A stretch of DNA of 64,000 bases from Haliotis rufescens (lineage: Eukaryota), in NCBI RefSeq assembly GCF_023055435.1, contig NW_025964362.1, forward strand, positions 1,612,001 through 1,676,000, written 5' to 3'. The position numbers and the translations under genes were made by a program. The notes beneath the pieces are model-generated. The model was not told the origin of the DNA and made no database searches. It worked only from the letters and a program-made list of their open reading frames with translations. Shown here in pieces: positions 1-13,300 of this stretch. The first letter of the stretch is position 1, and every line of letters starts with the position of its first letter.

Positions 1-1244
1 AACCGATCGCCCAAACGCATCACGGCAACGGCCATGGTGACCCGATGCACGTGAGTTCCGTGCAAATTGAAATGCACATGCGTTCCCCCATTTCTTGACC
101 TATAAAAACCCACCCAGATCGGATAACATTCATTCATTATTGAATTGCTACCACATGCCAAGATTGACAAGAAATCAGAGTCACCAAGCCCTTGGGCGAT
201 TGCAAGCTGGACAAACCGCCCGGCAAGTAGCTCTTTGATTAGCCCTTTGTTACTGCTGCGGAAACTGCTCGACAGACCATGGGGACACACCAGCGACCCA
301 GTGCGGACACCGTGCGTCGACGATTGACGAACAGACATCTCAACTGTCACAGGCCACGCCGAGGACCCATTCTCACACCACGTCATCGCCGGGCCCGTCT
401 TCAGTGGGCAACACAGCACCAGCATTGACGCCACCAGCAGTGGAGAAGTGTCCTCTTCTCAGACGAGAGCCGTCACTGTATCTCAACAGCAGATGGCAGA
501 GAGAGGGAGAGTCTGGCTACGCCGTGCGGAACGTTATTCGGATGCTTGTGTTGTTGAGAGAGACTCTCATGGGGTGGTACGAGCATTATGGTGTGGGGTG
601 GAATTGGTCTTGCACAGAGGGTCAGCCCTGTGGTCTTCCAGAACATCGGTCCAGGGAGAGGCAATGGCGTCACAGCAGATCGGTACATTGATCAAGCCTT
701 AAGACCAGACGCCATACGTCATTTGGCACGTCGCCGCAACCACGTGTTTCAGCATGATAACGCCCGTGCCCATACTGCGAGAGCAACAAGAGACTTCTTC
801 CATCAGAATGGCATCAGAACCATGCAGTGGCCTGCCCTCAGTTCCGATTAAAATCACATTGAGCACCTGTGGGACGAGATTCAAAGACTGCTGAATGACG
901 TCCGACCAAGGCCGACAACTGCAAGCTTTTAAGTGAACTGCGTCAGGCGTTCGTCAGAGTGTGGGCTCATGTGCCTATAGCCTTCATCAACCACCTCATC
1001 CATTCCATGTTTCGACGTTGCACGGCAGTCATCAATGCACATGGCGGACACACGAGATACTGACTTATGATACCAGTGAGACTAGTGTTGTGTTTCACTT
1101 TAAGAACATTTGACACTTTAATTTCAACCTTGATGATGCCAAGTTTCATCCTTTTAATATCATGTCTTAAAGTATGTTTACAGTGTTTGGACAAATAACG
1201 TTTCTCCTATATCTATCCATGGTGACGTTTCTTTTGCGAATCGG
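1..1244 (+). mobile_element. Tc1/mariner transposon relic with disrupted transposase; left end lies outside the window
   Basis: Fragmented Tc1 motifs spread over several frames, including VFQHDNARAH, WPALSSD* and IEHLWDE. Frameshifts and stops are present. A candidate right TIR (...CGTTTCTTTTGCGAATCGG) is followed by TA at 1245-1246. Confidence 0.85.
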
Positions 1245-1317
1245 TATATTTTCAATGTTGTAGCTGCTCATAGCGTGTTGCAAGGATGAACAAACTGGAG
1301 ATATCGACCTCGTCTTT

Positions 1318-1382
1318 TTGTTTGTTGTTTAACGCCGCACTCAGCAACATTCCAGCTATATGACGGGAGTCTGTAAATAATC
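1318..1382 (-). mobile_element. SINE family 4, 3' tail fragment
   Basis: Reverse complement of the GATTATTTACAGAC...ATATAGCTGGAAT.TTGCTGAGTGCGGCGTTAAACAAC tail seen in other copies. Confidence 0.7.
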
Positions 1383-1388
1383 GTAAAT

Positions 1389-1680
1389 ATTCAACTTATT
1401 TTAACTTAATCCAAATAACTTGTGGCGTTATTGAAATATTTGGCCTATGGGCGAGAACATTTTTCTTTGCTTCAAACTCATGTTTTTCTTTTGGAAATAT
1501 ATAAAGGTGTTTCGAAAAGTATCACGACACATAATTCAACTCATTTTAACTTAATCCAACTACTTTGTGGGGTTATTATACTATTTCGCCCATGAGCGAG
1601 CAAAGTTTCATTTAATCAAAACTCGTGTTTTTCTGATTTGCAAATACATAAAGGTGTGTCAACAAGTATCATAATACTAA
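1389..1680. repeat. Diverged two-copy tandem duplication, unit ~145 bp
   Basis: ATTCAACT(T/C)ATTTTAACTTAATCCAA...AAAGGTGT...AAGTATCA occurs at ~1389 and ~1534. Confidence 0.75.
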
Positions 1681-2724
1681 TTCATGTGCTAATGAGAAAC
1701 CATTTAAGATAAATGGTCTCAAAGATATCAAATTCCAAGTCCATGATTGGTTAGTCCATAGTGATGACCTGATTGTAATTCATTAATAAGTTACACGTGC
1801 AACAGTCAAAATCACCTTCGTCAGTGTCGAAACTTTATGGTTTTAGAGTGCACTAAATGTTTTTTCATCTGTCTAGTTTGCATTATCGCCAGAGCCGTGT
1901 TAATCAACACATGTGGCGGAAACGTTTTTTTATGGAGGAACGAGAAAATTGATTTTCATGACTATATAATATACAGTTAAAAGTTATACATTTACATGAA
2001 CACTGTAAATGTATTCGTAAAAGACCTTCTACCTTCGCGAGCGAGTTGAATGGTCTAGGGCCCAAGGAACGAAATGTAGAAAGGGTGTATAAGTGTTTGA
2101 ATTTGGTAAAATACATGCAGGTTTGTTAAATATGATTATAAAACGAATTTCGTTTGAATTCCCCTTCATTCAAAATGTCCACAGAAATTAAATTCTGCTT
2201 GAGAAATAGAGCTGACTTAATGGGAGATGTGACGTGTGACGTGAGCCAGCTGAGTTTTCACATGTGGACACACAGTTGCACCGATTACAACACACAGGTA
2301 GGTCCTTGTTCAAGCAGGAATATGCAGGAAATTATATATAACAATAACATGTGTGGATGCAATAAGTTCTGCGTTCTGAGATACAGTGATATAGGTATCT
2401 ACTACAGTTAACAATACATGTATATAATAAAATTCAGAGAGAGAAAATGTTTATTATATTCTAAACACACATACACAAACAATAAAACACGTACACAAAC
2501 AATAAAATATATACGGACTAACATGTTTCTTTCAATTTGTTATCTATCATATATTGTTTCTAATTCCATCGTAAAAACCCGGAAAGCCCTATGTATTTAG
2601 TGATAGACACTGCTCCTAGTAGTCTCCTCACAGTACGACTGCCCGACTGAGATGGCTGAAGGTACCCGTCAGCTTCCAGTATCTTATCATCAGTTCTTGA
2701 TTCAATGTCTCTGACTCTTCAGGC

Positions 2725-2862
2725 TGGGCGGTGGGGGAAGCCTAGTGGTTAATACGTTCGCTCGTCACTCCGAAGACAAGGGTTCGAATGTGACAAGCCC
2801 ATTCCTGGTGTCCCCCGCCCCGATGCTGCTAAAAGCGGCGTAAAACCATATTCTCTCACTCA
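2725..2862 (+). mobile_element. SINE family 1 (tRNA-derived), internally deleted copy
   Basis: A-box-like GCCTAGTGGTTAA, B-box GGGTTCGAAT, and tail AAAAGCGGCGTAAAACCATA..CTCACTCA. Confidence 0.75.
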
Positions 2863-3975
2863 AACAAGCGCCAGGCGGCTGTTGTGGTCAGGGGCTTGTG
2901 GCTTGCACTCAACAGAACATGCTATTGGTGAGGAATGTGAGTATTTCATGATTGTTTGTTATTTACTCGCCTGTCTTGAACAAAAGGATAATACAGAGAA
3001 TTACAAGCTGTTCAATCCTGTGATGAAAGTATATATATATGAAAGACATCACCACATATACGATTTGTAAAGCATGAAGATTTATGAAGCATAAATATTT
3101 GTTACCAAAAAAATGTCATCAAAACGCATAAACGACCAATTGTGTTACCGAAATTCCAGGATTGTGAAGGATATCGGACAGTGCGGAACAACTTCAAGAG
3201 GAAGGTTGAAGTTCATTCTTATGCATAAATAACTAAAAAATAATATCTTACTGACGGGCTGCTTATTCAATCACTGACCCCAAAAAGCAGTAGCCAAAGA
3301 TCGAAATCAGTGACATCGTTCAACCCAGTAATGCAACAATAGCCCCGCCCATTCTATTATCAGCCAATCAGGAACAGCTGTCAGGTGATTGGCGTGGCCT
3401 ATTTATCCACGCAAACAAGATTTCTTGGTTAGCCAGTTAAAAGCCTTGGAATCATTTGCAATTTATTGATATAATGAAATGCAATTCATTTGATATACAG
3501 ATTCGTTTTTAAGTTAGGCCCAGTTATGTTTCTCGTCATCGTTGTCAGGTAAAAATCGAGATTTTCAGGTAACCGAAAAGACGAGTTACCTGCCAAATGA
3601 GCAACACAGGTGAGAAAAAAATCAGGCCCAGTGACCTTGTCATGTTGAACACATTATGAGAATTCAGACAAATCTGAAAAACAATACTAAATGTCGAAGT
3701 CGCTCGATGTCCTTAAATCTACACTACGCCACTGTAGACATTTATTTGCCAATTCATTGTTTGGATAAAATCACAGGTCTTTCTTTTGAACGGTATCTTG
3801 TAGGTGCGTGGATGTGTTTGGTATGGGGCTGTGGTGAGTGAGTGGATGTGGTGTGTATTTTGTGTTTATGTTTCGTGTTTGTGTGGATCGGAGGTAGAGG
3901 GGTGAGGGTGTATTTTGGATGGACGGGAGTGAGTGAGGAGGATGGGTGTGTGTGAGTGTTTTCTGTTTAGTTATC

Positions 3976-4027
3976 TGTGTGTGTGTGCGTGTGTGTGTGC
4001 GTGTGTGTGTGTGTGGGTGTGTGTGTG
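3976..4027. repeat. (GT)n microsatellite within a GT-rich low-complexity tract
   Basis: Visible directly in the sequence. Confidence 0.9.
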
Positions 4028-4305
4028 GTATTTTGAGTTGGGTTTGTGAGCAGGGTTTGTATACATGTAGTGTCTGTTATCGTTTCGGTGGTGGATGGTT
4101 TCGAATTATTATCCGAAATACTGTTAATTGGTATGAGTATGTATTTACTTCTATTATAAAACTTCAACAAGGCAGCGCGTCTTCTAATGAATGTCTGATG
4201 TCATTTCTTATCAATAAAACACCTCGATAAAAACGATTTATCAATAAATATCATAGAGCGTGTATATACATATACCGGACACTGACAGTTATTTTTGAAC
4301 ATAAA

Positions 4306-7300
4306 TTATTCAATTTGTTTGTGAAAATCATTATTAAACAGCAAACAGCAGCATATTCTCTTTAGCATGCTTGTTTTATCCTCCTTTGGTGGAACTTGCG
4401 AACGTGTAAATGAGAGGAACACTTGTTCAAGGGTTGTTTGGTGAACTGAATAGTCCTCGACAGAGAACTGCGCCTTGGATTGTTCCATCACCGTGAAGAC
4501 CTGGGCGAGACTGACGGCGTTGTAAGGAACTTGGAAGTGAACGTAGCCCTGATGGTCGTCGAACACCTTGGTTTCTTGATAGGTTGATGTGATGAAGTTC
4601 ACCAGAGGTTCAGTTAAAGCGGGAGCCCTTTCTTCTGATACTCCTGTTTCAACTGTTTTCATCCTAGCTATCAGCGTGTAGCCCTGGCCGAATTTGGTCT
4701 TCAAATGTTGTGGTGTTCCAAGACACACAAATCTCCCATTCACCATGATGGCAATTCTCGTACACAGAGCGTCACATTCTTCCATGCTGAAAATTCATAA
4801 ATCCGAATTAGTTGTAGTATAATTTATAGGATACAATAAATTTTGTAGCAGATTTTTTACATTAAATTGGTTTGAAGCATCGTTTTTACAAACCTGTGAG
4901 ACGTGAGCACGAGGGTCCTACCACGTTCCCGGACCTTTGACAGGACGTTCCAGAGCTGCCTCCTGGCCTTGGGGTCCATCCCTGTGGACGGCTCATCCAG
5001 CATGATGATGGCCGGGTCTCCAACAAGAGCGATTGCAGTGCTCAGCTTACGTTTGTTACCTCCACTGTGAAATAGACGAAAGTACATCAATTTTGTTCTG
5101 AATATACACGATACATCATCAACCATTTTATGTTTATATGATAAGGCCGCAACATGAGAAACCAAAGTACTTCAATATGTAACATGTCCTATGTAAGATC
5201 TCATAAACACAACAATGTGTCCGAAAGTACTGGTATCCGTTCACAAAATTCAAAGTGGTGATTCGGTATATTCATCATGTGTGTGAATGAACTCAACCTG
5301 TATTCCGATGTTGGCTTGTCTGAATATTGCCTGAGCATCATGATATCCAGCAGGTTGTCACAAGCGCCTTTGACGTAGTTTTCCGGCACTCCCTTGAGTT
5401 TGGCGTACATTGTAAGAGTCTCTCGTCCAGTCATCTGATCAATCAGAGCATCAAACTGGGGACAGTAGCCCATGTTCTCCTGCATCTGTTATCAAGAGGT
5501 ATATGAAATTAAATAATACATCCCCACATGGATCTAAAATGTAACAGAAAGATATATGGATCAGGGCAGAGTTTGTTCTTGTGAGCACTTGACATGCCCT
5601 GGCATGTGTTTGTGATGAGTGGCATCAGTGGGCTGGGTATGATAACCTTTACGCGAACTCCTTGTACCATTATTATTCGGCAGTGATTCATAAGCACATG
5701 CTTATGATGTAGTCGGAATCGTACAACAGACTCTGCATTCAACAGATATTGCTTTTGATTATGTCACACTCTTTTATTAAATATTCGATGCCCAGAAATG
5801 TTAACACTGAAACCTCATTTAATTATGTTAAAATGAAACATCTAATACTCAATACAGTCCGAACACATGAAAACAAATTATGATTATCTTCCGCGTGAAG
5901 GTACTCATGAATCTTTGTCAATACTTTTCTTGTAACTGTAGTGAATGAATGAGTGAGTGAGTATGTGAGTCAGCGAGCGAGTTATAAGACGTTTACCAGT
6001 GTGAGGAAACCTACAAGCATGTAAAACCAAGGATCATAATTAGGGCGAATCTTGTAATAAATTCACGAATATACACGCGACAGTGGTCTTCCACCTGTAC
6101 TATCGTCAATATATACAGCTACACTGGGATCTGTTTCTGTCAAATATTGTTTAAAGTGAACAGATGTGCTGCTATCATGAATATTTAGAAAAAAAGTAGT
6201 TTCAACGCACATTTATTTTACATCAAAATCCTCAGCTAATTATTATCCCTCTGACACTGTTTCGGCTTCATTAACCTAAACACTGGCCGAGTTATGGGTG
6301 AGTTTCTCTCCTAATCGACGAATCTCTGGGAACTGTGGTGCCATGGTCGACACCCCGACTGCCATGTCTGCACCCCCACTTGAGTATGTAAGACTCGTAT
6401 ATTTGTAAGTAAAGCCGACTGTGGCGTACAGCAGAATATACATATTCCAATCTGTGTTACATGATAAAAAGACGTGTATTACCTTTTGGGTGTGATTCTT
6501 GATGTCGAAGGACTGTAAGAAGACATTTCCACGTGTCAGCATCACATCGCCAGTCATCATTTTAAAAGTTGTTGTCTTTCCTGCACCGTTTTGCCCAAGG
6601 AGACCAAAGCACTCCTTCTCAGGTATGCCCACACTCAGATGATCAACAGCAACGAAGTTCCCGTATCGTTTGTAAAGGTCCTTCAGGACTAATGCATCTG
6701 AGTTCCCAGCTCCAATGGCAAATTCATCAATGCGTTGCCTCTCACGGAGAACATCTCCATCCTCTGGAACTTGTTGAATTGCACCGAAGGACGGTGCACC
6801 GGGTTGTGGTATTTCTGTTTCCTGTGGTCTGAAGGCATACCAGATTCTCTGCGGTATCTGATACTCAATGAACAGTGTCACAGACATATACACCATAGCC
6901 TGGAACAGCATGAAGACAACATAGCGTCCGACACCCGGAGAGTCCCAATCCAGGAAGTTTTCAGTAAATTCAAAGCAGTAGTCCCCACAAGTGTCTGTTA
7001 CCAAACAATGCAAAAAACATTTAACTCTGATGTCATGTACAAAATAATAAAATCTGTCAAGTTTAGAAGTGAAAGAGGTATACCATTTCCGTGGACATTT
7101 GCTGACGGTTGCAAACAAAAAGCTAAACACTCAGCTTTTACAGAATCATATACGACTTTATCTATAAATATATAAAAGTTATAGAAACCAACCTTTACAG
7201 CAAGGATCTCTCTGTGATATAGCACACATATAGGTGTAGTTTTGCTTTGTACATCCATCGAGGAACATGTAGTTGGTGTACATATCCATGAATGACTTGC

Positions 7301-10300
7301 CAAAGTTGTAGTGAGGAAAAATAAGGAGAAACATCCAATCTGTGGCTTTAGCCTCAGATGTCTTTCTGTACACGGTCAGCATATATACCGATAAAAGAGT
7401 GGCAAGTCCTGTTGGGAGAAATATTAATCAACTGAAATAAAAACCAATTACTCTCATTCACCAATACCATGGCTTTATTTAGAAGCTGTCAATTTACGAC
7501 CAATAATTGCTTTACGCAGTACAGCTGAAAAGTATATGGCAATTTTCGTCTTTCAATTTTAGGACATTTTTTAATACCTCACCTGTAATAATATTCAAGA
7601 TGATGATGACAACCACCCCGGTAGGAGGGGACTTGAACATATTCTGAAGAGCATACATGAATGGCAGAACTGCCAAACCATACACAAGCAGGATGAGGAA
7701 CACGATGCCTAATCTCCCATCTTCTGTATATGCTGGCGACTGGAATCCTGCAAACACAATCAGCAGCAGCAGGGATGGAATCAGGTAGTTGATGTAGTCC
7801 CAGGCCAGGTTGGACAACCAGAAGACAAATGGTCCAACTCCACTAACAATCTGAAGATGTTTGGCGCCCACCTGTCTCTCCTTGATGAGGAAATACACGA
7901 AGGATGAAGCCAGGAAGGCCATGCCAAAGACAATACAATAGGCCACAGAAAAGCCAAGTGCAGATACTGAGGAAATTGTTTGAATTGAATTGTCTGCGGC
8001 TTCAAGGGGAATAGGGTTGTTGATAGTGGTAATGGAATGATCCTGAGATGTAAAATGTTTGAGTATTGCATTCATCATGAAAGACAAAGCTATGGGTTGG
8101 CTATGGTAAGGTTGTCCATTAAAAATACTCATTACTTCTTTGCTAGATTTGAACTGTGCTCCGATGATCATTTTCTTGTTGTATGCACCGATACTAAGCT
8201 CGTTTGCTCTTGATAAGAAATAGCTTGTCACATTATATGTCGATAGATCTATCACCTCAGGTTTGTTTTTAGTTCCTGCAAACTGATCACGGTATGCCTG
8301 TGCAAGTTGCTGTGGTAGTTGTTCTGGACCACCTTCATATGGGACGTAGGTGCCTTTGAATGGTGTCAAGTCTAGAGATAACGGAACCTCGACTACCTCT
8401 CCGTGATCTGCCTCGCTTACAATCAAAGCAGCAACAGTAAAAAGTACTGGTAACAAAAGCTGGACAATGGTGATGGTCCTGTTCCTCCATGTGTGAAGAG
8501 CCTTCTTTACAAACAATCCTCTAAAGCGAGACAGCTCTAACATTATTCCTCTGGTTTTAGTGAAACCCTTATTGAATGCTGAAATAAATACATAAATGTA
8601 TAAACAAAACTGATTATATGAACATGTTGATGACCATAATGTAATGAAAATGATGCTGTCTAAGGACTATACATTGCTTTACAGATAAACAAACCACTTG
8701 TCAATTGACTCAGGCAACTGGCAGCCCTAATCTATGCCTAGATAGAAATAGAGTGGTATGTTCCACTTCAGTTGTTAAATGCAGATAAAAGTCACAATAT
8801 CACACTAACAATTATCATATTAACATAAACAGTTTACGTAAAACTGACTTTTGCTGTGTTGAACAAGTATGTACCTAATATATCAGCCGTTATCATCTCT
8901 CTCATTTCATTGCTCCAACTATTTGTTCCGTTAGATATCAAATTGTTTCTTGATCCTGTTGGGTAATCTTCATCTCCATCCTCCTTTTGCTCCTGCTCTC
9001 CAGCTCTATCCAATAAATACAAATTTGAAGACTTTTATTTTGGTATTGTTTCATAATGTTTGAGCAGAAACAGTTTAAAGAAAATGCATAAATGTAACCA
9101 TATCGCCTGCATGTGAGTACTTAGTAGAGTAAACCTGACACTATTGTATTCCTGAATATATTTATGAAATTGTTGCACTTAAATTTAAACATTGTCCTAA
9201 AATGACAGGGCATCAGAAAACTAACGGTACTTTGTCTTTGTAAACTGAAACTTTATTGATTATACTTGTACCTTCCACGAACTCAATATAGGTTTTGAAA
9301 TAAGAAACACTACTCACTTGAGGAACACTTCCTCCATAGTAGTTGCACTTGCGCCAAAACTGGATATGCCAAGCTCCCCCCTCTTGGTTTCAATCTCCGT
9401 GAAGAGGGCAGCAAAATTGGCTGACTGATCATCAGGCAGCAAGTAGGATAGTTCAGCATTGATCTCACTCTCCGTGACTGCTGTAGGGACGTATTGCTGG
9501 ACAACTGCCGTCACTGATGCCACCTGACAGGTGGGTTCCTTCACCATCACCAGGTGGTAGCCAGCACCTGAAATGTCGAAATGTCCCCAAATGACACGTT
9601 ACAAATTTTGCTTTTCTGCAGCTCTGGGGAAACACAAGAGTATAAAAAAACATGTCAAAATTATTTTCAAGATTAAAATAATTCTATCACGTATAAAAGG
9701 TGCTTTTTTCCAAGTACTGACACATGTTGCATTGCCAGGTTACATTTTCTATCAGCTGTTATGAACAATGTGGAAAATGACATCTTCAAACATAAATGTA
9801 TAAGTTATTGGTAACAACACATGCCATAGAGTTTCTTCAGGAAGTACGATGTCCCACAGCACTTGACCACCCCTTCTGCCATGATGGCGATGCGGTCACC
9901 CAGAAGGTCAGCTTCGTCCATGAAGTGAGTGGTCAGCAGCATTGTCCGGCCCTGTCTGTTTCTCTGAAGGATGTCCCATGTCTGTCTCCTGGCTGCAGGA
10001 TCCATGCCGGAAGTTGGTTCGTCTAAGATCACGATCTGCAATGTGTTTTCTGATCAGACATAGTTCTATTTCTATCATAAATATATCATGGTATAGTGAT
10101 AAAGTGCATTTTTTCAATTTTGTATGAAATGATATATATTGGCCTCATACCTTCGATCCTCCAATCAAAGCAATGCCTACAGAAAGCTTCCTCTTCTGTC
10201 CTCCAGATAGATGTTGAGACTGTGTGAATCTCTTCAGACTTAAGCCAACCTCATTCATCATGGTGGTGACATCAGATTGAACATTCTTGCTCGGACAACC

Positions 10301-13300
10301 TTTCAACTGCAAAAACAGAACTTGTATTGCTTTCCTTTCTGAATTGTAAGTACCATACCCATGCCAACAGTTTTTTAATGGGTAAACACAAGATCTTTCT
10401 TCCATATGAAGCTGATAAGCCATAATACAACAGCAATCCTATTCAAATCGGATTTAACCCTACTCACTCACTTCTAGATTTTCTCACTAAAGCTAAAGAA
10501 ACATTTTTGGGAAGACGATTCGGCGTTATATGCAAGTGTTTGCAAATAAATGGTACATCTCAAATTCGAGATGCTCCACATAATCTAACAAAATTATACA
10601 AGGTTAAGTAAAACAACCTATTGAAGATAAATACACGCAACGTGTCCCTTTCCCCCCAACGACAGAAACAGATATAAGTAAGTTCATTATATGGTGTGAC
10701 TGACCTCTTGATCAACCATAAGATTAATATCAAAACAATCAATAGCTAGAATATATATTTCCGGTGACTTGAGTTGGCCATATCAGAAGCTGATCAACAT
10801 AAACATACATAAATGATCGACCCAGTATCTTTTGACCACCCTATATCATAGTACCTCATTAATTCTTCCGTGAAGATCTGCGTTAGAATTGGTCTTCTGC
10901 AACCCATGCTTGTCGAATGAGGCAACTAATGAAATTGGGTGGTCTTGGCTGATGCATGTCAACGTATCCCAATTGCTTAAATCAATTTACCAACAACATA
11001 ATATTGACACATATTGTTCAGGATTCTGATCATGTAGTCTTATGTAGAAAAACGAAACTTACACTTGCAAAGAACTCCAGATGTTCCTGGACAGTCAAGC
11101 TGTCAAACAGGATGTTGTGTTGAGGACAGAGACCAAGACTCTGCCGGACACTCTGGATGTCGTTGTTGATGTCGTAACCGTTCACAATGGCGGTCCCTCC
11201 AGATGCAGGGATGAAACCTTGAACGGTCACACAAAAATTATAATTAATTTGTAAGAAAAAGCATAATCTGATTGGGCAGTTGCTGCCTTATACAACTCCA
11301 TATTGATATGACGTCACTTGCTTGTCACCTTTGGTGCTCTTCACACTTCGAGTCCGATTGTGGTTGCAAGATAAATCTAATTGTTACAGGCAGATATTAA
11401 GGCAGAAAGAAATCCTGCAACTTGCGACCTTATAATGAGGTTACATGTGTCACTAGCGTACGGGATTTACGAGCTGAATGCCCGTGTTTTCCTACCGACC
11501 TCTGGTCTCATGGTGTACAAGCCTTTCAGCTCGAACATTCGTAAAAGCTCCGCGGGTGACATATGTAACTCACACTCCACAAGGGGAAGGTTTAAAGTAT
11601 ATGTGGCATACACTCCTCCTGACAATATACAATTATTTGTAACGGAAAAAAGTAGCTGCTTCATATTAAGTGATGTAAATGTTACCAACACAATGTTTTG
11701 TCATTTGTCTGACCAATGTGTTATCTCATAACAAATTCAGCGATACTATGCTACCTCGAAAAGTCTGTTACAAGACGTGCAAATCATACTGCGCGTACAC
11801 ATCTTGGACAATAGATGAATGACCAAACATGGACAAAACAGATTAAAAGAATGACACTTCTGTGACTAATTACGGCAACATAAATCCCCGTCAGCACAAA
11901 CAAATATCCAAAATAATTTAAGGAAGCATTCCATCCAACACATGAACACAGTGGTCTGAAACCCAAGCTTGATTTGTTCCTGAAACTAATGGCCCACGCA
12001 TAATGATAAAATTGCAAGGAGACTACGGTCAGCACTCTCAAATTACCTATTGTTTGGCGATGCGACTGCCGAAAACGATCAACAATCTTGACATTCCCCC
12101 AAGTCCCCCGGATGTTCATGGAATGTAACAGTAACAATTACTAAAATTAACCACTGTGAACTATCCGCACGTGTGACGTTCCGAAACTGAGAGCGCGACT
12201 TTGTCTAAATGACTAAAACTGTGAAATTATACCACAGATATAGTGAGATACAAACAGAATGACACGTTATTTATTTAATTACGCTGCAACATATGGAACA
12301 CGGAGAATGGATGTTCCGAAACAGAAGTTATAGAGTTATTTGTTTTGTTTTACACAGCTCTGGGACATATGCACCGCAACACATCATTTTCTGTAATGTT
12401 TCAACAATTGCATATATTTCTAAACGGGAAAAAGTTCGAAATGATAAAGAGATAGAACCACTCTAGTGGTTTAATATGTGAAATATCAAGACTGTGCCGT
12501 TTATAGTTGAAATACTCGGCAAAAAACGATTGATTGATATTAACCATACGTAAAAACGCTCGNNNNNNNNNNNNNNNNNNNNNNNNNNNNNNNNNNNNNN
12601 NNNNNNNNNNNNNNNNNNNNNNNNNNNNNNNNNNNNNNNNNNNNNNNNNNNNNNNNNNNNNNNNNNNNNNNNNNNNNNNNNNNNNNNNNNNNNNNNNNNN
12701 NNNNNNNNNNNNNNCTATACCTGTAAGGACAGACATAGTTGTAGTTTTTCCAGCGCCGTTGTGACCCAGGAGAACAGAGATCTGACCCTCGAACATGTTG
12801 AGACTCATCCCGTCCACAGCTACCTTTTGCTTAGACCCGGAGCCGAAAACCTTCGAAAGACATTGCACTTTGATAATTAACAAAACGTCAGAGAGGGTGT
12901 GTAGAACGTGTATTACCAATGGATGTATTCACTCCCCCCAAAAAGAAACGCATAACCGATTGCATTATAATGAATATTGTTTCTTTAACCAAAATTGCTC
13001 TAAAATTGTTGAAATACGCCATGGATCATGTACATATACGGATATGAGTATTTGGTATTATAAATTGTGCCATTTGACTTGTCTCTGCAACATCCAAAAT
13101 CGCCAAAGGCCCATTTCAACCTGGGGAGTCCCAGATATCAGTTGCTCGTCGTCTAAACGTCGAGCAGACAACAATTTTACGTCTCATTGTACGATTGCAA
13201 CATTCTGGGTCAACCAGAGACCGTCCACGTTCCGGCCGACCACAAGTCACTTCACCCGCCCGAGATTGGTACATCCGGGTGCTTCATTTATGTGATTGGA

